The position numbers and the translations under genes were made by a program. 64,000 nucleotides of DNA, taken from positions 10,912,001 through 10,976,000 of the forward strand of contig CM022665.1 of NCBI GenBank assembly GCA_012295275.1, given 5' to 3'. Source of the DNA: Chrysomallon squamiferum (lineage: Eukaryota > Animalia > Mollusca). The notes beneath the pieces are model-generated. The model was not told the DNA's origin and ran no database searches. It saw only the letters and a list, made by a program, of their open reading frames with translations. Within the stretch, counting starts at the first letter, position 1. Every line of letters begins with the position of its first letter. Of this stretch, positions 13,362-27,308 are shown in pieces.

Positions 13362-13486
13362 GCCCTAATTCCTACAACCTGCCGCCAATGTTGGGGAAAA
13401 CTGCTCAGGCAGGAAAGAGACAAGCTCCGATCTATTCTCTAACTGGACGCAGTAAGATTGGCAGTTTCCATGAAGATTTACAGAAG
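13362..13486 (+). CDS. ODF3: ODF3-A coding exon 2
   Basis: GPNSYNLPPMLG...APIYSLTGRSKIGSFHEDLQK; 125 nt, same length as in ODF3-B. Confidence 0.93.
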
Positions 13487-13999
13487 GTTTGTATTCTGAA
13501 ACGATTAGCTGTCAGTAAAAATAAAGTGTTATGGTATGATAAATTTAATTATTTGTGTTACATTCTTGGTAAAAAAAATGTGTGTTATTAAAACTACAAG
13601 CTTATAATAAATTTAATAATTCATGTCAGTATAAATTAGAATAATTTGAAACTTTGTTAAAATACCCCTGTAATAAATGACTAAACTTTATGCTGAAATT
13701 TTAATTTTATAATAATTATAAATTAGTTTATTGTATATATGTGTATTTTTTATAAAAGAAAGATCCAATATAAAGTCATTGTTATATAATGAACACATGC
13801 CTATATATGCACATCCATACACACAAACATGCAAATTATAGGAAAACTATATAAAAACTGACGTTAAGATAATGTCACCCTAATTATCTGTATAGAACTG
13901 CTTTGTTGAAACTCTAAGTATTAAAGAGTTATTCCCCTTTATTAACACATACATACATACATACATATACACATACACACACACACATACATACGCTCA

Positions 14000-14036
<37 letters not shown>

Positions 14037-14439
14037 ACACACACATGGTCTAAAATTAAATGGATCAGCCAGGTTGTTTTTCATTTTGAAATTGAAAAAA
14101 AAAATGATATGACAGAATATCTGATAATGTGTAATGAATTTAACTAATCTATATTTCTACTCAGAATCTCAGTATTTTAGGATTATTTTTCTAGTTTGCA
14201 ACTATGTGTGTTTACAATGAGTGTATACTGGTTGTTTTTTAAATTTTGTTTGTGTGTATAGAATAGAAATAGAATTCGCATGTGAATTATTCAGTGTTCT
14301 TTTTTTCAGTGTTTATATATATATATATACACACACACACATGTATTTATTTGTGTGTTTGTGTGTGTGTGTGTGTCTGTGTTATATGCTACTAATTAAT
14401 TTTATTTATTAATTATCTTATAATACATTTTCTCCTCAG

Positions 14440-14580
14440 ACCCCTGGACCTGCTAACTACAATGTATGTGATCCTAATCTATACAGGGAAAAGAAGCCCC
14501 AGTTCAGTCTTACCTCAAGAAACCCAATGCCGTCAGACACAACTCAGAAACCAGGTCCTGGGGCTCATTGCCCAGAGAGA
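14440..14580 (+). CDS. ODF3: ODF3-A coding exon 3
   Basis: TPGPANYNVCDP...DTTQKPGPGAHCPER|GTGAGT; 141 nt, same length as in ODF3-B. Confidence 0.93.
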
Positions 14581-15633
14581 GTGAGTATATACTGCATGTA
14601 TATTATACATAAGATATTTTGAAATACACTGCATATACTATGTTAATATGTAAAATACCTGAAAAATGTATACTGTCTCTGTGCGTGTGTGTGGGGATGG
14701 GTGTGTGTGTGTGTGCATTTGTGGGTGGGTGAGTGTGTGGTACTGTACTTGTAAAATAAAATACTTGATATTAGCTAATAATGTGTTATTATTATTGAAT
14801 TATTATATTAAAAATAATAATAATAATAAAAGAATATTATTATTATTGTTTTTATTATTATTTATTTTTATTATTATTTATTTTTTATTATTATTTTATT
14901 ATTATTATTATCACAACTATAAGTATTATTATTGCCTTCAGTAGTCATGTGCACTAAAAAATAAAAAAAATAAAATTCATTTATTTTTATGAATAAAACA
15001 TCCGCTTAGATAATAAATGCTTTTTCAGCTTTTTAGTTTTTAAGAACACATTTTTTATTTAATAAAGTGGTTTACTTGTTTTTTTATGTTTTTATTAACT
15101 ATATTTTGTTATTGTTATAGATCTTTAATCACATCAGAAACTTTCTTGGGAAACAACTGATTTCATTCCACAAATCCTAATATAAAACTTTTTTAAATAA
15201 AATTAAAATAAATAAACAAATAATAATTTCTTAATGAATTTAAAAAGGCTATTGTTTTCTTTACATTTTTATTTTTTTTCAGATATAAAGAAAGATAATT
15301 GATTTAATCCATAATCATTATAAATTGCTTTTCATCATTTTAAATTGTTATCACATGAAAAAAAAATATATATAATAAAAGGAAAAAACATATTTAAAAA
15401 TTCATCAAAAACCCACAAACATACATTATCATTTTATTATTTGTATACTTTTTTATCTGAAAAAAACAAACAATTATATATATTTTTTTCTATTTTGACA
15501 AAATCATCCTCAAATTAACTTAAAATAAAACAAAAAACAATGTAGCCACAGTTGCATGGATTTCACTGATGCTGAAAAGCAAAAAACACACACACAAAAA
15601 AAACCTTTTTAATTCTTTAATTATTATTTTCAG

Positions 15634-15726
15634 GTCCGTTTCAACAGACGATCAGCTCCTGCTTTCAGTTTTGGTATCAAACACAGTCCATATATGACTC
15701 CTCTAATTGTCGAAGTTAACGACTAG
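15634..15726 (+). CDS. ODF3: ODF3-A terminal coding exon 4a
   Basis: TTTTCAG|VRFNRRSAPAFSFGIKHSPYMTPLIVEVND*; 93 nt, phase 0. Confidence 0.88.
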   Translation, partial: VRFNRRSAPAFSFGIKHSPYMTPLIVEVND

Positions 15727-15813
15727 ACTTGGTCGTGGTTTCTTTTAGGTACATATATATATTTATAAAAACTCTTACCTGTTATCTGACTAATAATGTA
15801 TTCTTTTATTCAG

Positions 15814-15906
15814 GTGTGCCTGAATAGGCGATGTGACCCAGCATTCAGTTTCGGAGTGCGACACTCGCCATACGTTGCTCCCCTGATCGTTGAGCCTGTG
15901 GACTAA
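15814..15906 (+). CDS. ODF3: ODF3-A alternative terminal coding exon 4b
   Basis: TTATTCAG|VCLNRRCDPAFSFGVRHSPYVAPLIVEPVD*; 93 nt, phase 0, paralogous to 4a. Confidence 0.85.
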   Translation: MCLNRRCDPAFSFGVRHSPYVAPLIVEPVD

Positions 15907-15968
15907 GATTTTACACTATATGTTCTTACATATATTAGGTATCAGTTTTAATGAAAATGCCTTGCATG

Positions 15969-16008
<40 letters not shown>

Positions 16009-16559
16009 CTTTACAGTGATGGTTAACTAGAATGCATGAAGTATAACCCCAGCATGTTTCTAGAGAAGCTTTGTATTAGAGCTGTAGTTTTCAGTGTTTA
16101 ACTAAAATTAAAATTAAAATTAATTTGTTCCTTTTCTAATTTTATGAAAATAAAATTATATTAAATTATATTTGAAATAAAAATTACTTCTTTTTCTCTT
16201 TGATAATAGTTCCCAAAACTTTTTGCTTGGTTTAATAAAATAATTCTTTAACTGACAAATTTACATTGAGGTGACAAATAATACAGTTTATTTTCCGTTT
16301 TATAATGGAATGAAATGTATTTTTGAAAACTAACTGAAATATGTTAACCATAATATACTTTTATAATGTACTGTAACACTACATGTTTTTGAAAAAAAAA
16401 GATTTAAAAAAATCTAACGTCTTAACAAAATGAAATTGATCTGTTAAATTCCTTACAGTTGAGGAAATAAATTTGGTTTCTGTGTGTGGTGGGTGTTGTA
16501 ATTACTGCATATGATTTGATTAACAAGCTTGTGAAGTTAGTGTTAATTAAACCAACTGA

Positions 16560-16602
<43 letters not shown>

Positions 16603-18229
16603 ACACACAAACACATGTATAGATGTGTCTGTATGTATATCTGAATATGTGTAATTGTGTGTGTGTGTATGTGTGTCTATATTTGAGTGTATTAATGGAG
16701 TTTTTGTGTGCCTAAGTATGTCCTCTATGTATATATATTTTAATATATGTGAATGTACATATGTGTGGTGTGTGTATCAGTGTAAATAATTATTATTATG
16801 CTACCTAGTGCACATAGAAGGAACAGCAAATGAACACCACTGTGGTATTCAGCATTTGTGCTTTTAGACTTGATTGTTTTTTTTAAATAGAAAAGTGAAA
16901 GCTGATAGTATGTTAGAAATACAAACTATGTTTTGGTGTCTCATAAGAGTTACATCTCAGCTGCTTGTAATATATTGAACAAAATAATTTTAATTTTAAT
17001 TTTAATTTTAATTTTAATTATTTATTTTAATTTTATTTTATAATTTCCCAAGTTACATTCTGTCTGTCTGTTCATACATGTGTTCTTCCTTACCTTTACT
17101 ATGGTATATGCAGTGAGAGAGACTGAATTAACTACGTGCCATTTGTATTTCAAAATAATTTTCACACAAGTTTAATGGTTCATAATTAAAAGTTAATATT
17201 ATGCACATTAACAACTGACATTGTCAGATTATAGCATTTTTATTTAAAATAAATTATGACAAAAGCTAATATTTAATATATTAAAATTGAAAGAACATAA
17301 TTCCAGTATGAAGTCTTATTTCACCTTTCATTATATTATTAAAATAATATTATTACTATTATTAATTTATTATTGTTATTATTAATTTTTATTATTATTA
17401 TTATTATTATTATTAACTTAGACTAAAATTTTAAATTATAGAAGTAGAGAAACAGATACTAACCAAAAAATATAAACACATAACTGTATATTATATTAAT
17501 TTGTATATACATCATAGTAATGTAATAACTGTAATGTTATCCATTGATTATCTGCATGTTTATATATATACATTTTTATGAAATAAGTTGTAACTAATCC
17601 CTCTCTGTAACACATAGATACATCTCTATAAAATTAAACAGATATTATCATTTTGTTTCATGTCAAAAGTATTTATCAATATAATTTTAAAGATATAACT
17701 TTAGGAAAACACGATAATAATGTACTTACTTATTACCAAGTGCAATCATAAAATATTTAAATTACATTAATACCAATATTAATATATAATATCAAATAAG
17801 AAAGATAATTAAGATATTGAAATTGGTATTTAAATGATTTTTAATTATTTTAAATTTATTACCATTGTCATCTCTTGATATGAAATCATTTTCAGAGCTA
17901 TGATTTCAAAATACATTGTGAACTTGTGTTATTCTGTTGTTAAATGTATCATGGTATTAGATTTTAAAATGAAGTTAGGTTCTAGAAATGTATTTTCATG
18001 AAAATTACATTTCATCTTTAACAGTTTTAATAGATTCACAACAGTATGGCTATTATTATTATTTAATTTTTTATTATGTTTTAAGTTAATGGGTTAAAAC
18101 CTTTTTCTAAAACTTTTTCTAAATTTTTTGACATTTAATTATCAGATATTTTCTACATAACTCTAGATAAACATTCAGAATCAACACAGGTCATCAGTGG
18201 GGGGGGGTGTTTGTAAAAGAAATTGGGCT

Positions 18230-18420
18230 TTAGCACACTGTTTGCCATTATCTGTGAAAATTTTAAAGGTCAATCCTACTCAGTGGTTGTGTTATTATAT
18301 ATTTGTTATTCCAACCATTGCTCCACAACTAGTTCATCAAAGTCTAAGATCTTTTTCCCCCAAGGTATGGGAAGGTGCAAATAAAATGTTCTTTATTGCC
18401 GATTTATAAGAGAAGTTAAA
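18230..18420 (+). mobile_element. Decayed SINE fragment
   Basis: The core ccattgctccacaactag...tatgggaaggtgcaaataaaa is similar to the reverse complement of the copies at 41430, 45655 and 59795. Confidence 0.55.
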
Positions 18421-19909
18421 TGGAATGACAAGAAACTAGATTCATTACATCAGCATGTTAACAGAATTTTTTTTTTTTAATGCATAATAATGGTTTATGA
18501 AACATATAAATATGTTGTTAAATTGTCACTGACATTTTCATATTTGTTTTTTTAAATGTTGAGTTGGGTTTTTAAAAATTCATCATTTTCAAATGTTTTT
18601 TTTTTATATACTGAATTTTTACTTTATTTCTGTTTTATAAGTAGATGCCAGTTTTTGTCATTAATTTTAATTTAATCTAATCATTAATTTAGAATTTTTA
18701 AAAATCTTTCATATTCTTTTTAAGTAACATTTTGTTTTGATGTCTGGTATAAATGTGCCTTGGCTCCATTGACAAATATGCTGGTTTTATTGTCTCACCT
18801 GAAAATGAAATTGCAAGTTGTTATGCAACTTTGTTATTTCTCATACAAGTGTAATGATAAGAAATTTGTCTGGAGCAGATGTTCACTTCTTCATTTGACA
18901 AGAGTGCTGATGATTCTTTATAAGACCATGAGTCTTTGAGTGTGTTTGATTTAAAAGTGGTGGAAAAAAAAAAATATTTTACTTCTTCTGTTTAAATATC
19001 CAAGAATTTTCACTAAATTAATAAACAAAATAACATTTTTTAATTTTTATTTAACACAAGTTAAGTGTATTATTTAGTTAAGCAAAAATAGGAAATATTC
19101 ATTATTCTTTGGAATGCTATGTTAAGACTTTAAAATGTTAAAATTGTCATTTATTTCAAATTCTTGTTTATAACATTTCATGTTAAATTTTGAAACATAT
19201 TCTCTTTCTGTTCCAGCAACCAACAAGAAGAAAAGCCAGACTGGTTTTTGCCACTGAAAATCTGCGGTTGCATTTTTTCCCATTTGTCAAAAATCTTAGT
19301 GTCTGCACTGAACTGCTTCTTGTAGTAAATGGACTTGGTTTATCCATTTCACAGCATTATAATATATTTTTTACTTTAGTAGTACATATCTATCATATTA
19401 TAAAAGCACACTTACCCTTCTACATTGTACAGAATTTTCAATATATATTTTTTTTAAACTTTTAAGATGGTAGTTTTATTTCTCGGATATTTAATACAGA
19501 TTTTTGTTTGTTTTATAAACAGTATTAACAGTATCTGTGATCTGTGATAAAATTGTTTATTGATATTATTCTTTTTTCCATTTAAAAAACAATTTAAATT
19601 TTCTAAATCAACCTATCCAGTTTATGAACAGCATTAATGATAACCATTGGAATTATTGTTACATGTGTAAAAATCTACAGATTTTTTGGAATTCGATTTA
19701 TTTACATTTATTATCTTTTTTAATTACTATTCAGGTCTTAAAATCACAGTACAGTATTATATGCATAATTTATTTTGCACGTTTAAAAATATACATGTAA
19801 TTATGTATTTACCTTTTTCATTATTATTATTTTTTAATATTTTCATTTAATACTCAGAATTGTTTGTTTCTGATTTTAAAGACCTATATCTGCGTCCAGA
19901 TGGATAATC

Positions 19910-19945
<36 letters not shown>

Positions 19946-22900
19946 GTGGTACTTGTCAGTATGTAAAATTAATCAGTATTGCAGAGTACAGTATTTATCT
20001 GAATGTCAGACTGCTGCAGATGTTAACATACCTTATTCAGTGTAATAACACTTTATTATTTTTTATTTTTTTTCAGTTCTCTACAGATTCTTTCTCTTTT
20101 AACCGAAAATTTAATTATTGTTTTTCAAAAAGTTTATTTAATGTGGGTATTTGTAATCTAGACTCAGACCTTACACTGAATATGGTGGTGGTGTTTTGAT
20201 TATTGTTGTTGCATGTATGTTCATAACTTATGAAGGTTTTCTGTTTGCATATTTTTCACATTTCTCTTGTATAGGACCTAACAAGGTTTATGGCCAGTTT
20301 TAAATAAAAAATGTAATATCAGATTTATTACTATAAAGAATCAAATCCAAATGATTTAAATATGTAAATGTTATTCAGCAATTTGTATATAACAACAAAA
20401 AGAAAAATCCTTCTTACACATCATACTTAGTTGAAAATCAGTGAAAATATATTTAGTCATTATCAATGAAAGAAATTCAGTATTAACAAATTTTCTGAAT
20501 GTATAGTTCTATAGCTGAATAACTGACTAAATGTGTTTGATTTAAGCCTGTGAATTAAATATGAACATTCCTCAGTTTTCATAAGGAAAAAAGAATATTT
20601 TCGTTGACATTTCGAATTGATGATTTTTGGTGGTGTTTAGAATATTCAAAAATCATCTAAATTTCTTCTTTTTTTTTCCCTTTGTAAACTGACATAAAAC
20701 AACTGTAAAAGTTAAATTTGTCAGAATTTTCACAATGACTGAATTACAGAGATACATTTGCCTTTTAAATAGCATTAAAGGACATCATTTGACAAATTTT
20801 GAAAATTTGACAAACATGAAAACAAAAAACATTGTGGAAGAATTTTATGAAGTATGTCTAATAAATAAATATTTGTATAAATACTGGTATCTATGTGACT
20901 TATTGCTAACCACTTCACTAACATTTCCTGTCCTTTGTGTAAATGCTTTTGTTTTCTTTTCTTTTTAGCATTAAGTATTAGTGTGTACTTGAATGTGTGT
21001 TGTTTTTATATTTAAACATATATGTGTTTGCAAAATAAGAATAATATAACCTTTATTTTGTTAATGCTAGCAAATTAGTAACTTGTTGGGAAGTATTTGT
21101 AAACATTGATGTTTTTTCATAACAATACAAAATGTTTGCAACCTAAAAATACTTTCTTTTTTAATGGTTAGAAACAAATTTTTAAAATTATTTAGTAAAA
21201 TTTTACTTGTTATTAAATTAATACTAATTAATGCTACCAGTATAGTTTGATATAGTAAGACCCCCAAAAAATTATTTTAAAAATTGTCCATTTTATTTTT
21301 AAAAAGTAACTAAATTTACATTTGGATGCAAAAATTACAGAAATACTGCTTTATAATTTTATTATAATGTTAACTGCTGCTTTGTAAACTATAGTTCCAT
21401 TTATTACAATTAAGTTTTGTTACATTTTGCTTTTGGAAGTGATTATTTAAATTATTTTTATCAAGTGTTGCTTTTTTCCCTTAAAAACTTTTAATCTATA
21501 ATACATTTACTATGTAAATGTAATTTTAATATTATTCCTTATTGTCTTATATATATTTTTCTTTTTTATTGGATGTAATAGCTGATGTAGGCCTTTTTAA
21601 TATTAAAATATTTTTATTATTATTTTATGCATAGATATTATTATTATTATTATTATTCCTACTACTACTACTACTACTCTTACTAGTTTTGCTGTTATTA
21701 GTATAAAATTATAATATACTGTTTTATATTCTGTATTGTGTCTCAAAAGTTTATCATTAAATACAAGTAGATTGTTTATCTTTTTATTTTTGGCTACATA
21801 CTTCTAAATCTATAGGTGTTTTTTGGCTTTTTTTTTTTTTTTTTTTTTTTTTTTTTCCCCCCTGCTCAATATTATGACATTTGACTGAATAAATGTAGTA
21901 TTTAAAAAAAGAAAAAAAAAAGTGTTCTGGTTATTTGTAACAAAGAGGGGTAGGTCCTTCAAATCAGAAAAAAAGAGAGACACTCTTGTCAAAAAACTTG
22001 TCAATCTTCCCCAAAATACAGCTGGGAAAGTGAAGTTGCATCAGTCAGAATCATATTTGAGAATGGATGTAGTTCCAGCATTACTTCAGTGTAATCATAA
22101 AATGTGAACACTATAAATTAGTACTTGTAGTTAGCAGGCATTGTGTTAAAACTGGTTTAAGATCTACTTATTTTTCATTTTTTCTGTTACAAAAGAATGA
22201 TCATTTAGACAGGAAAACATGCAAACAATAATACTGTGCATGTGGAGCATACAACATTTTGTTATTTTTATGTATGTATGTTGTATTATTCTTAAGCACG
22301 AAACTTGTTGGTCCTTTTTGGAGGAAGACAGTATCTTTCCTCCTTGTTGACTGACACTTGTACATGCAAGAAGACAGATGGATTAGGATTAAATTACATT
22401 AGTTTCTGGAATGGCATACAGGAACTCTCTTCACTTTCGTATATCGACAATTACTTAGCATGTCAAATATTAAAGTTTTATTTCATTCAATTAGCTGTTA
22501 TACGAAACAAAAATATATGGTTATTGTTAACAACTGTTAAAGATACTATATTTAAGATCATCAAGGAAGTATAGAAAAAAGCATAAAAAAACGAATGTTC
22601 GCTGGTTACACTGGCTACGAGCATCACCACAAGGATGTTGATTTCAGAAAAAGCAACACGAAATGAGGGAAATAGGTTCCATGGTGAATTTCTTTGGACG
22701 GCGATTTTAGCTAGTTAAATTATTGGGGCAGCAGTTGAACTATGCGACACATGTATAACAGCATTTATCTCCCTTATCCTGGTACAGAAGTAATCTTTAA
22801 AAAACAGTCAACTGAACACTGTCAGGAATTTGAGCTGCATTGATTTTAACAAACACTGTCTTTAGACTTATTTGATATTACAGAAGCTAAATGTATTTAA

Positions 22901-23434
22901 ATATTATAAAATAATTTATCATTTATTTGATATTTTTAAATTGTTCTGTTGACATAGTTAGTTTATAACTGCACACCGAGGCTTACAAAATGCTTTGAGA
23001 ATCATGGTATTCAGTCTCTCTCTTCCCTTACATTAGTGTTAGGTTATGACAGAGACAGGCTGTAAATAATATGCATGCATCTAAGAGTTTCAAATCATGT
23101 CAGTATTTGAAAGGTTTGAATAATAACACCGAAAACGATCGTATACTGGATTAAGGTTCTTTAAAAAAAAAATATATATATTTCTAATAATATATTTAAC
23201 TTAAAAAATAAATACATCCTCGTTTCAAAAATATATTGATAGAAACAATAATAAGGAAAGAAAAATAAAATAAAATGGAGGCTGAGAAAAAAGATGATTA
23301 AGTTATTTAAACAGGCGAAAAACTAAATAAGTTAATGTGAACGGGAAAGAAAAATCTTCAGTTATTGAAAATAGGTAAGTCCAAACCCCATCTCAAGTCT
23401 ATTTTTCCCCCGCCGGCCTCTACTTGGAAATATT

Positions 23435-23436
<2 letters not shown>

Positions 23437-23471
<35 letters not shown>
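23437..23471. repeat. (AAT)n microsatellite
   Basis: Direct reading. Confidence 0.9.
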
Positions 23472-23472
<1 letters not shown>

Positions 23473-24824
23473 GACAATAATAAGAACTAAATAGTTTACT
23501 TACTTGATGTCTGGATGAAGGAAACACCACGTCTTTTCTACATACATTTCATACAAGCGAAAATAACACAAACGTTTTCTTCTAAAAACTGAGGCCGAGA
23601 TACTTAGTTTCTTATTACTAAATTCTATTACCTAAACTAAGGGATTATTGTAAAAAGGCTTTCCGATCCTTAACGACTTAAATCAAATTTTGGAACAAGA
23701 CCCAATCGTGGACATAATCGTTCCATTGTTTTTATTATTTCACTGCAGGTACAAATCGGATATTCGATGGCTAATCTACCAAAAACTGCGACAAACTATT
23801 AACTGAACTATACTGGATGCAGTTTACCGTGGATAATATCTTGGTATAACAATTCTTATTACATGCATACAGCTGTCAGTTTAAATTACATGGATACTGC
23901 ACAAAAGAAAACAATCATGCACATGTAATACACGTAGGCAATAGCGATTTGTTGTTAACAGTCGTTGGATAATTTGTTTTATACGCGACACACTGGCAAT
24001 GCCGCACAGTCCCATATAGTAAATATTTAAAATATATATATATTTACAGTGTATGTACGTGTGTATGTGTGTGTATGTATGTATATATATTAAACAACCC
24101 TACTCACATACGCTCATAAAAATGAAATGAAATAAAATATAACAAAATAAAATAAAATAAAATAAAAATTTAAATAATTTAAAACTAATAATAATAATAT
24201 CCTGAGCTACTATACCCCAGTTTATTATTATTATTATTTAAATATTCCATACGATGTACACAAAACATATATCCTAAATGAAATATAATTATTTTATTTA
24301 TCTGATAATATATCTTGGATGGATTCAGTATCTGTTATATAGAAGACACTTGGAAGATGACATCGTCATTGGAAAAAATATATATATACATACATTATTA
24401 CATAGGTACATACATACACACATATACACACGCGCGCACAAGGACACATATATATGGCATGTCACATGGCAATTTAATTTTCTCTAATTTAAAAAGAAGG
24501 ATCTTCCGTTCTGTATTTCTGTATTACAATAAACTGTTTAATAAACCAACTACTAGAGTTTTTAACTTGGGGGGGGGCGTCTTTTTTCTTCTTTTGTTTT
24601 CCCCTTTTCTTTAAATACACAATTTTTGCACCGATTTTGTCTCTCTGAATATATATTGTTCAGTTACGTTTTAGCATTGTGTAAGAAGAATTAATTTTTA
24701 CCACGTTATCAGTTTATAGGTAAAATAGCAAATTATACAATTAAAATACAGAACTATAATAATTATATTTAATAATTACATTACTACATATACAGGTATA
24801 ATAATATCTGATGTTTATTTATAA

Positions 24825-24828
<4 letters not shown>

Positions 24829-24884
<56 letters not shown>
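24829..24884. repeat. (CT)n microsatellite
   Basis: Direct reading. Confidence 0.95.
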
Positions 24885-24888
<4 letters not shown>

Positions 24889-25441
24889 TAAGGATGAATA
24901 TTTTGTTTATTTAGGTTGTTTATATATATATAAATTAACTTTAAATAATGTTGGTGTTGGAAATCATTATTATATTATAATTTTATTTCGTTAAAATGTA
25001 TACAAGTACATATATTGTTTAACTTAATTTAGATTTTTAAATTTATTATTAATATTATAAATCAACTGATTTGTTCGTTTGTTATCAATTTTCGTTTATT
25101 TATTTATTCATTTGTTTCCCTTTTGTTTATTCGTCTAATTATGTTTTCTTAATTATCTAATTTCATTAATTCTATGTTGATTGCCAATCTCGGTAACTAA
25201 TTAACCATATATAGCGAAAACAAATAATAATTAACGCATTCAGAACAAAACAACCCATTGTAAACAAATAACATTTCCGCTAACAAAACTTGATATACTA
25301 ACACAACAAAGGTAAAAAAGTTAATCAATGCGAATACAATGGAACACTAATTTAGTATGGTCGGCTCATTTTGGAAATTCTGTGTAGCCGTTTGGATTAA
25401 TGCGTTTCGTTTAAGCTTTCGTTGTCGTTTATATAACTGAC

Positions 25442-25477
25442 GTTACCTAGATAGTCACGTCACGTTGTCAAGGCAGC
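25442..25477. promoter_or_regulatory. Candidate ODF3-B promoter module: two X-box-like sites flanking a CRE-like TCACGTCA
   Basis: GTTACCTAGATAG (25442-25454) and GTTGTCAAGGCAGC (25464-25477), both imperfect. Forkhead-like GTAAACAAA at ~25260. First-exon donor CAG|GTAAAC at 25585. Confidence 0.45.
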
Positions 25478-26600
25478 CTGCAGTGTAAAGTTCGAGTAGC
25501 AGTGATATTTTCTGTTAGTTATTTAACAGCCCTCATTCTACTAAGAACTGTGAACACTTTCAGTCTTGCCTTTATTGTGATCAGGTAAACGTAATTTTAT
25601 TTTAATCATTTATTATTTTTCTCTCCTGAACATTATATTGTACGTTTGCAATGTTCGTTTCGTTTTTGTCTTGGACGCTTCATTATTATTATTATTTTAA
25701 TTTTTGTTTCGTCTTATTTCTTCTTTTATTTTTTCTTTCTTATCTTTGTTGCTTTTGATGTTTTGTTTTTACATTTTGTTATATATTAACTTCATTAATT
25801 TTGATTAAGCTTGGACAAGTTTGACCATACCAGTCTGCTAGAATTCGAAGACAAAGAATTTATGATTATTAGCTATAGAAATGTAATCGATAAAACGTTA
25901 CAGTCGTTTACCATAAGTTTATTTTATTTTAAAATTACTAATTTAATAATTAAATTAGGAAGAAAGATCTTGTTATTTTAAAAAGTAACTCTTTATTTAT
26001 GTTTGTTACCCATTTGTGTGCATTAATTGTAGGTATATATATATATATATATATTTCTTATTTCTTAGTTTCTTATTACATTTATAATATATTTTATTGT
26101 ATTCTAATATTTTATATTACATTGCAGTTCAGTACACTGCATTAGTTATATTAGATTACATTATATACTCAATTATTTTTATGTAAGTAATATTAAGATC
26201 TCGAAAGTTTGAAAACTTGTTTTAAAATGTAGTACTGAGTTTACGCAAATGTAGCTAGGGCTTGGAGTGTGTGGAAAAGTAAATGCAAATGTCTCTTGTT
26301 GCATAGTAAACTAGTCCAGGAATAAACATCGGTTATCAAAATAAATAAATAAATAATAGTGTCCAAACCGGATCATAATAATATAGATCGTTCTCAATTT
26401 CAAATATATATGTGGACAAGAACTTCAGTCATTTTTTTCAAAATAATAAAATGATGCCATGATAACAATAATAATAGTAATAATAATTTCTTCTTCTTCT
26501 TTAGTTAGTTCGTTCTACTTCTTCTTCATCATTATCATAATCATCTTGTATTTATTTATATATTTATCTAGAACAGGGTAAGAATTTTCAAAAAATCATC

Positions 26601-27000
26601 ATGGTTTACGAATATACAAAACCTCGTGGGCCAATTGCTGCCATGTATAGCAGCCCCGGGCCCTGCTATGGTCTGCCCACGCTTGTTGGCCACAAAGAAC
26701 ATGATCCCAGAAGTTCACACAACAAATACCCGAGTTACTCCTTTGGTGTTCATCATGGCAAATTCAAGGATGACTGCAGCCCAGGACCATGTTATTATCC
26801 AGATCCTAAAATATACCGTGACGGAAAGGATGGAACCCCAATTTACTCTCTCTATGGGCGACAAAACGATGTCCAGGCTTTTAAAACACCAGGACCAGGA
26901 ACATATAGTCCTGAAAAAACCGGACCATCGGCCAGTTTCAGACATCCAGCATACAGCTTCGGAATCCGTCATTGCCACAGGAAACAAGACAATTCTCCAG
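26601..27000 (+). CDS. ODF3: ODF3-B (ODF3/SHIPPO-1/CIMAP1-like), coding exon 1
   Basis: MVYEYTKPRGPIAAMYSSPGPCY...TPGPGTYSPE; donor CAG|GTATTT at 27001, phase 1 as in ODF3-A. Confidence 0.93.
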
Positions 27001-27265
27001 GTATTTGTTATTATATTTTAAAAAGTATGCAATATTTAATGGCACTGTTGACAGTTATTAATGTTTTAGTTTATCTTTGCGTACGATTTAAATATGTCTT
27101 CAGTTTGCTTATATTTATAAAATAACAAAGTCGCTGTTTGACGGGAAGAAATAAAAATGTATTAAATATTTATGACGTTATATATTAATGCCGTGTTGAT
27201 CATATTTAGTACTTTGAATTTATAGAACCAAAAATCAAATATATCATAATTGTTATATATTTAAC

Positions 27266-27308
<43 letters not shown>

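Noticed and set aside
15724-15813. Stop-codon readthrough joining exons 4a and 4b into one protein
   Set aside because: The spliced join is out of frame (22 nt), and unspliced readthrough hits TAA before 4b.
18794-18810. Minus-strand TTTCAG|GTGAG resembling a recursive splice site
   Set aside because: No minus-strand gene is identifiable across this position; a single motif is expected by chance.
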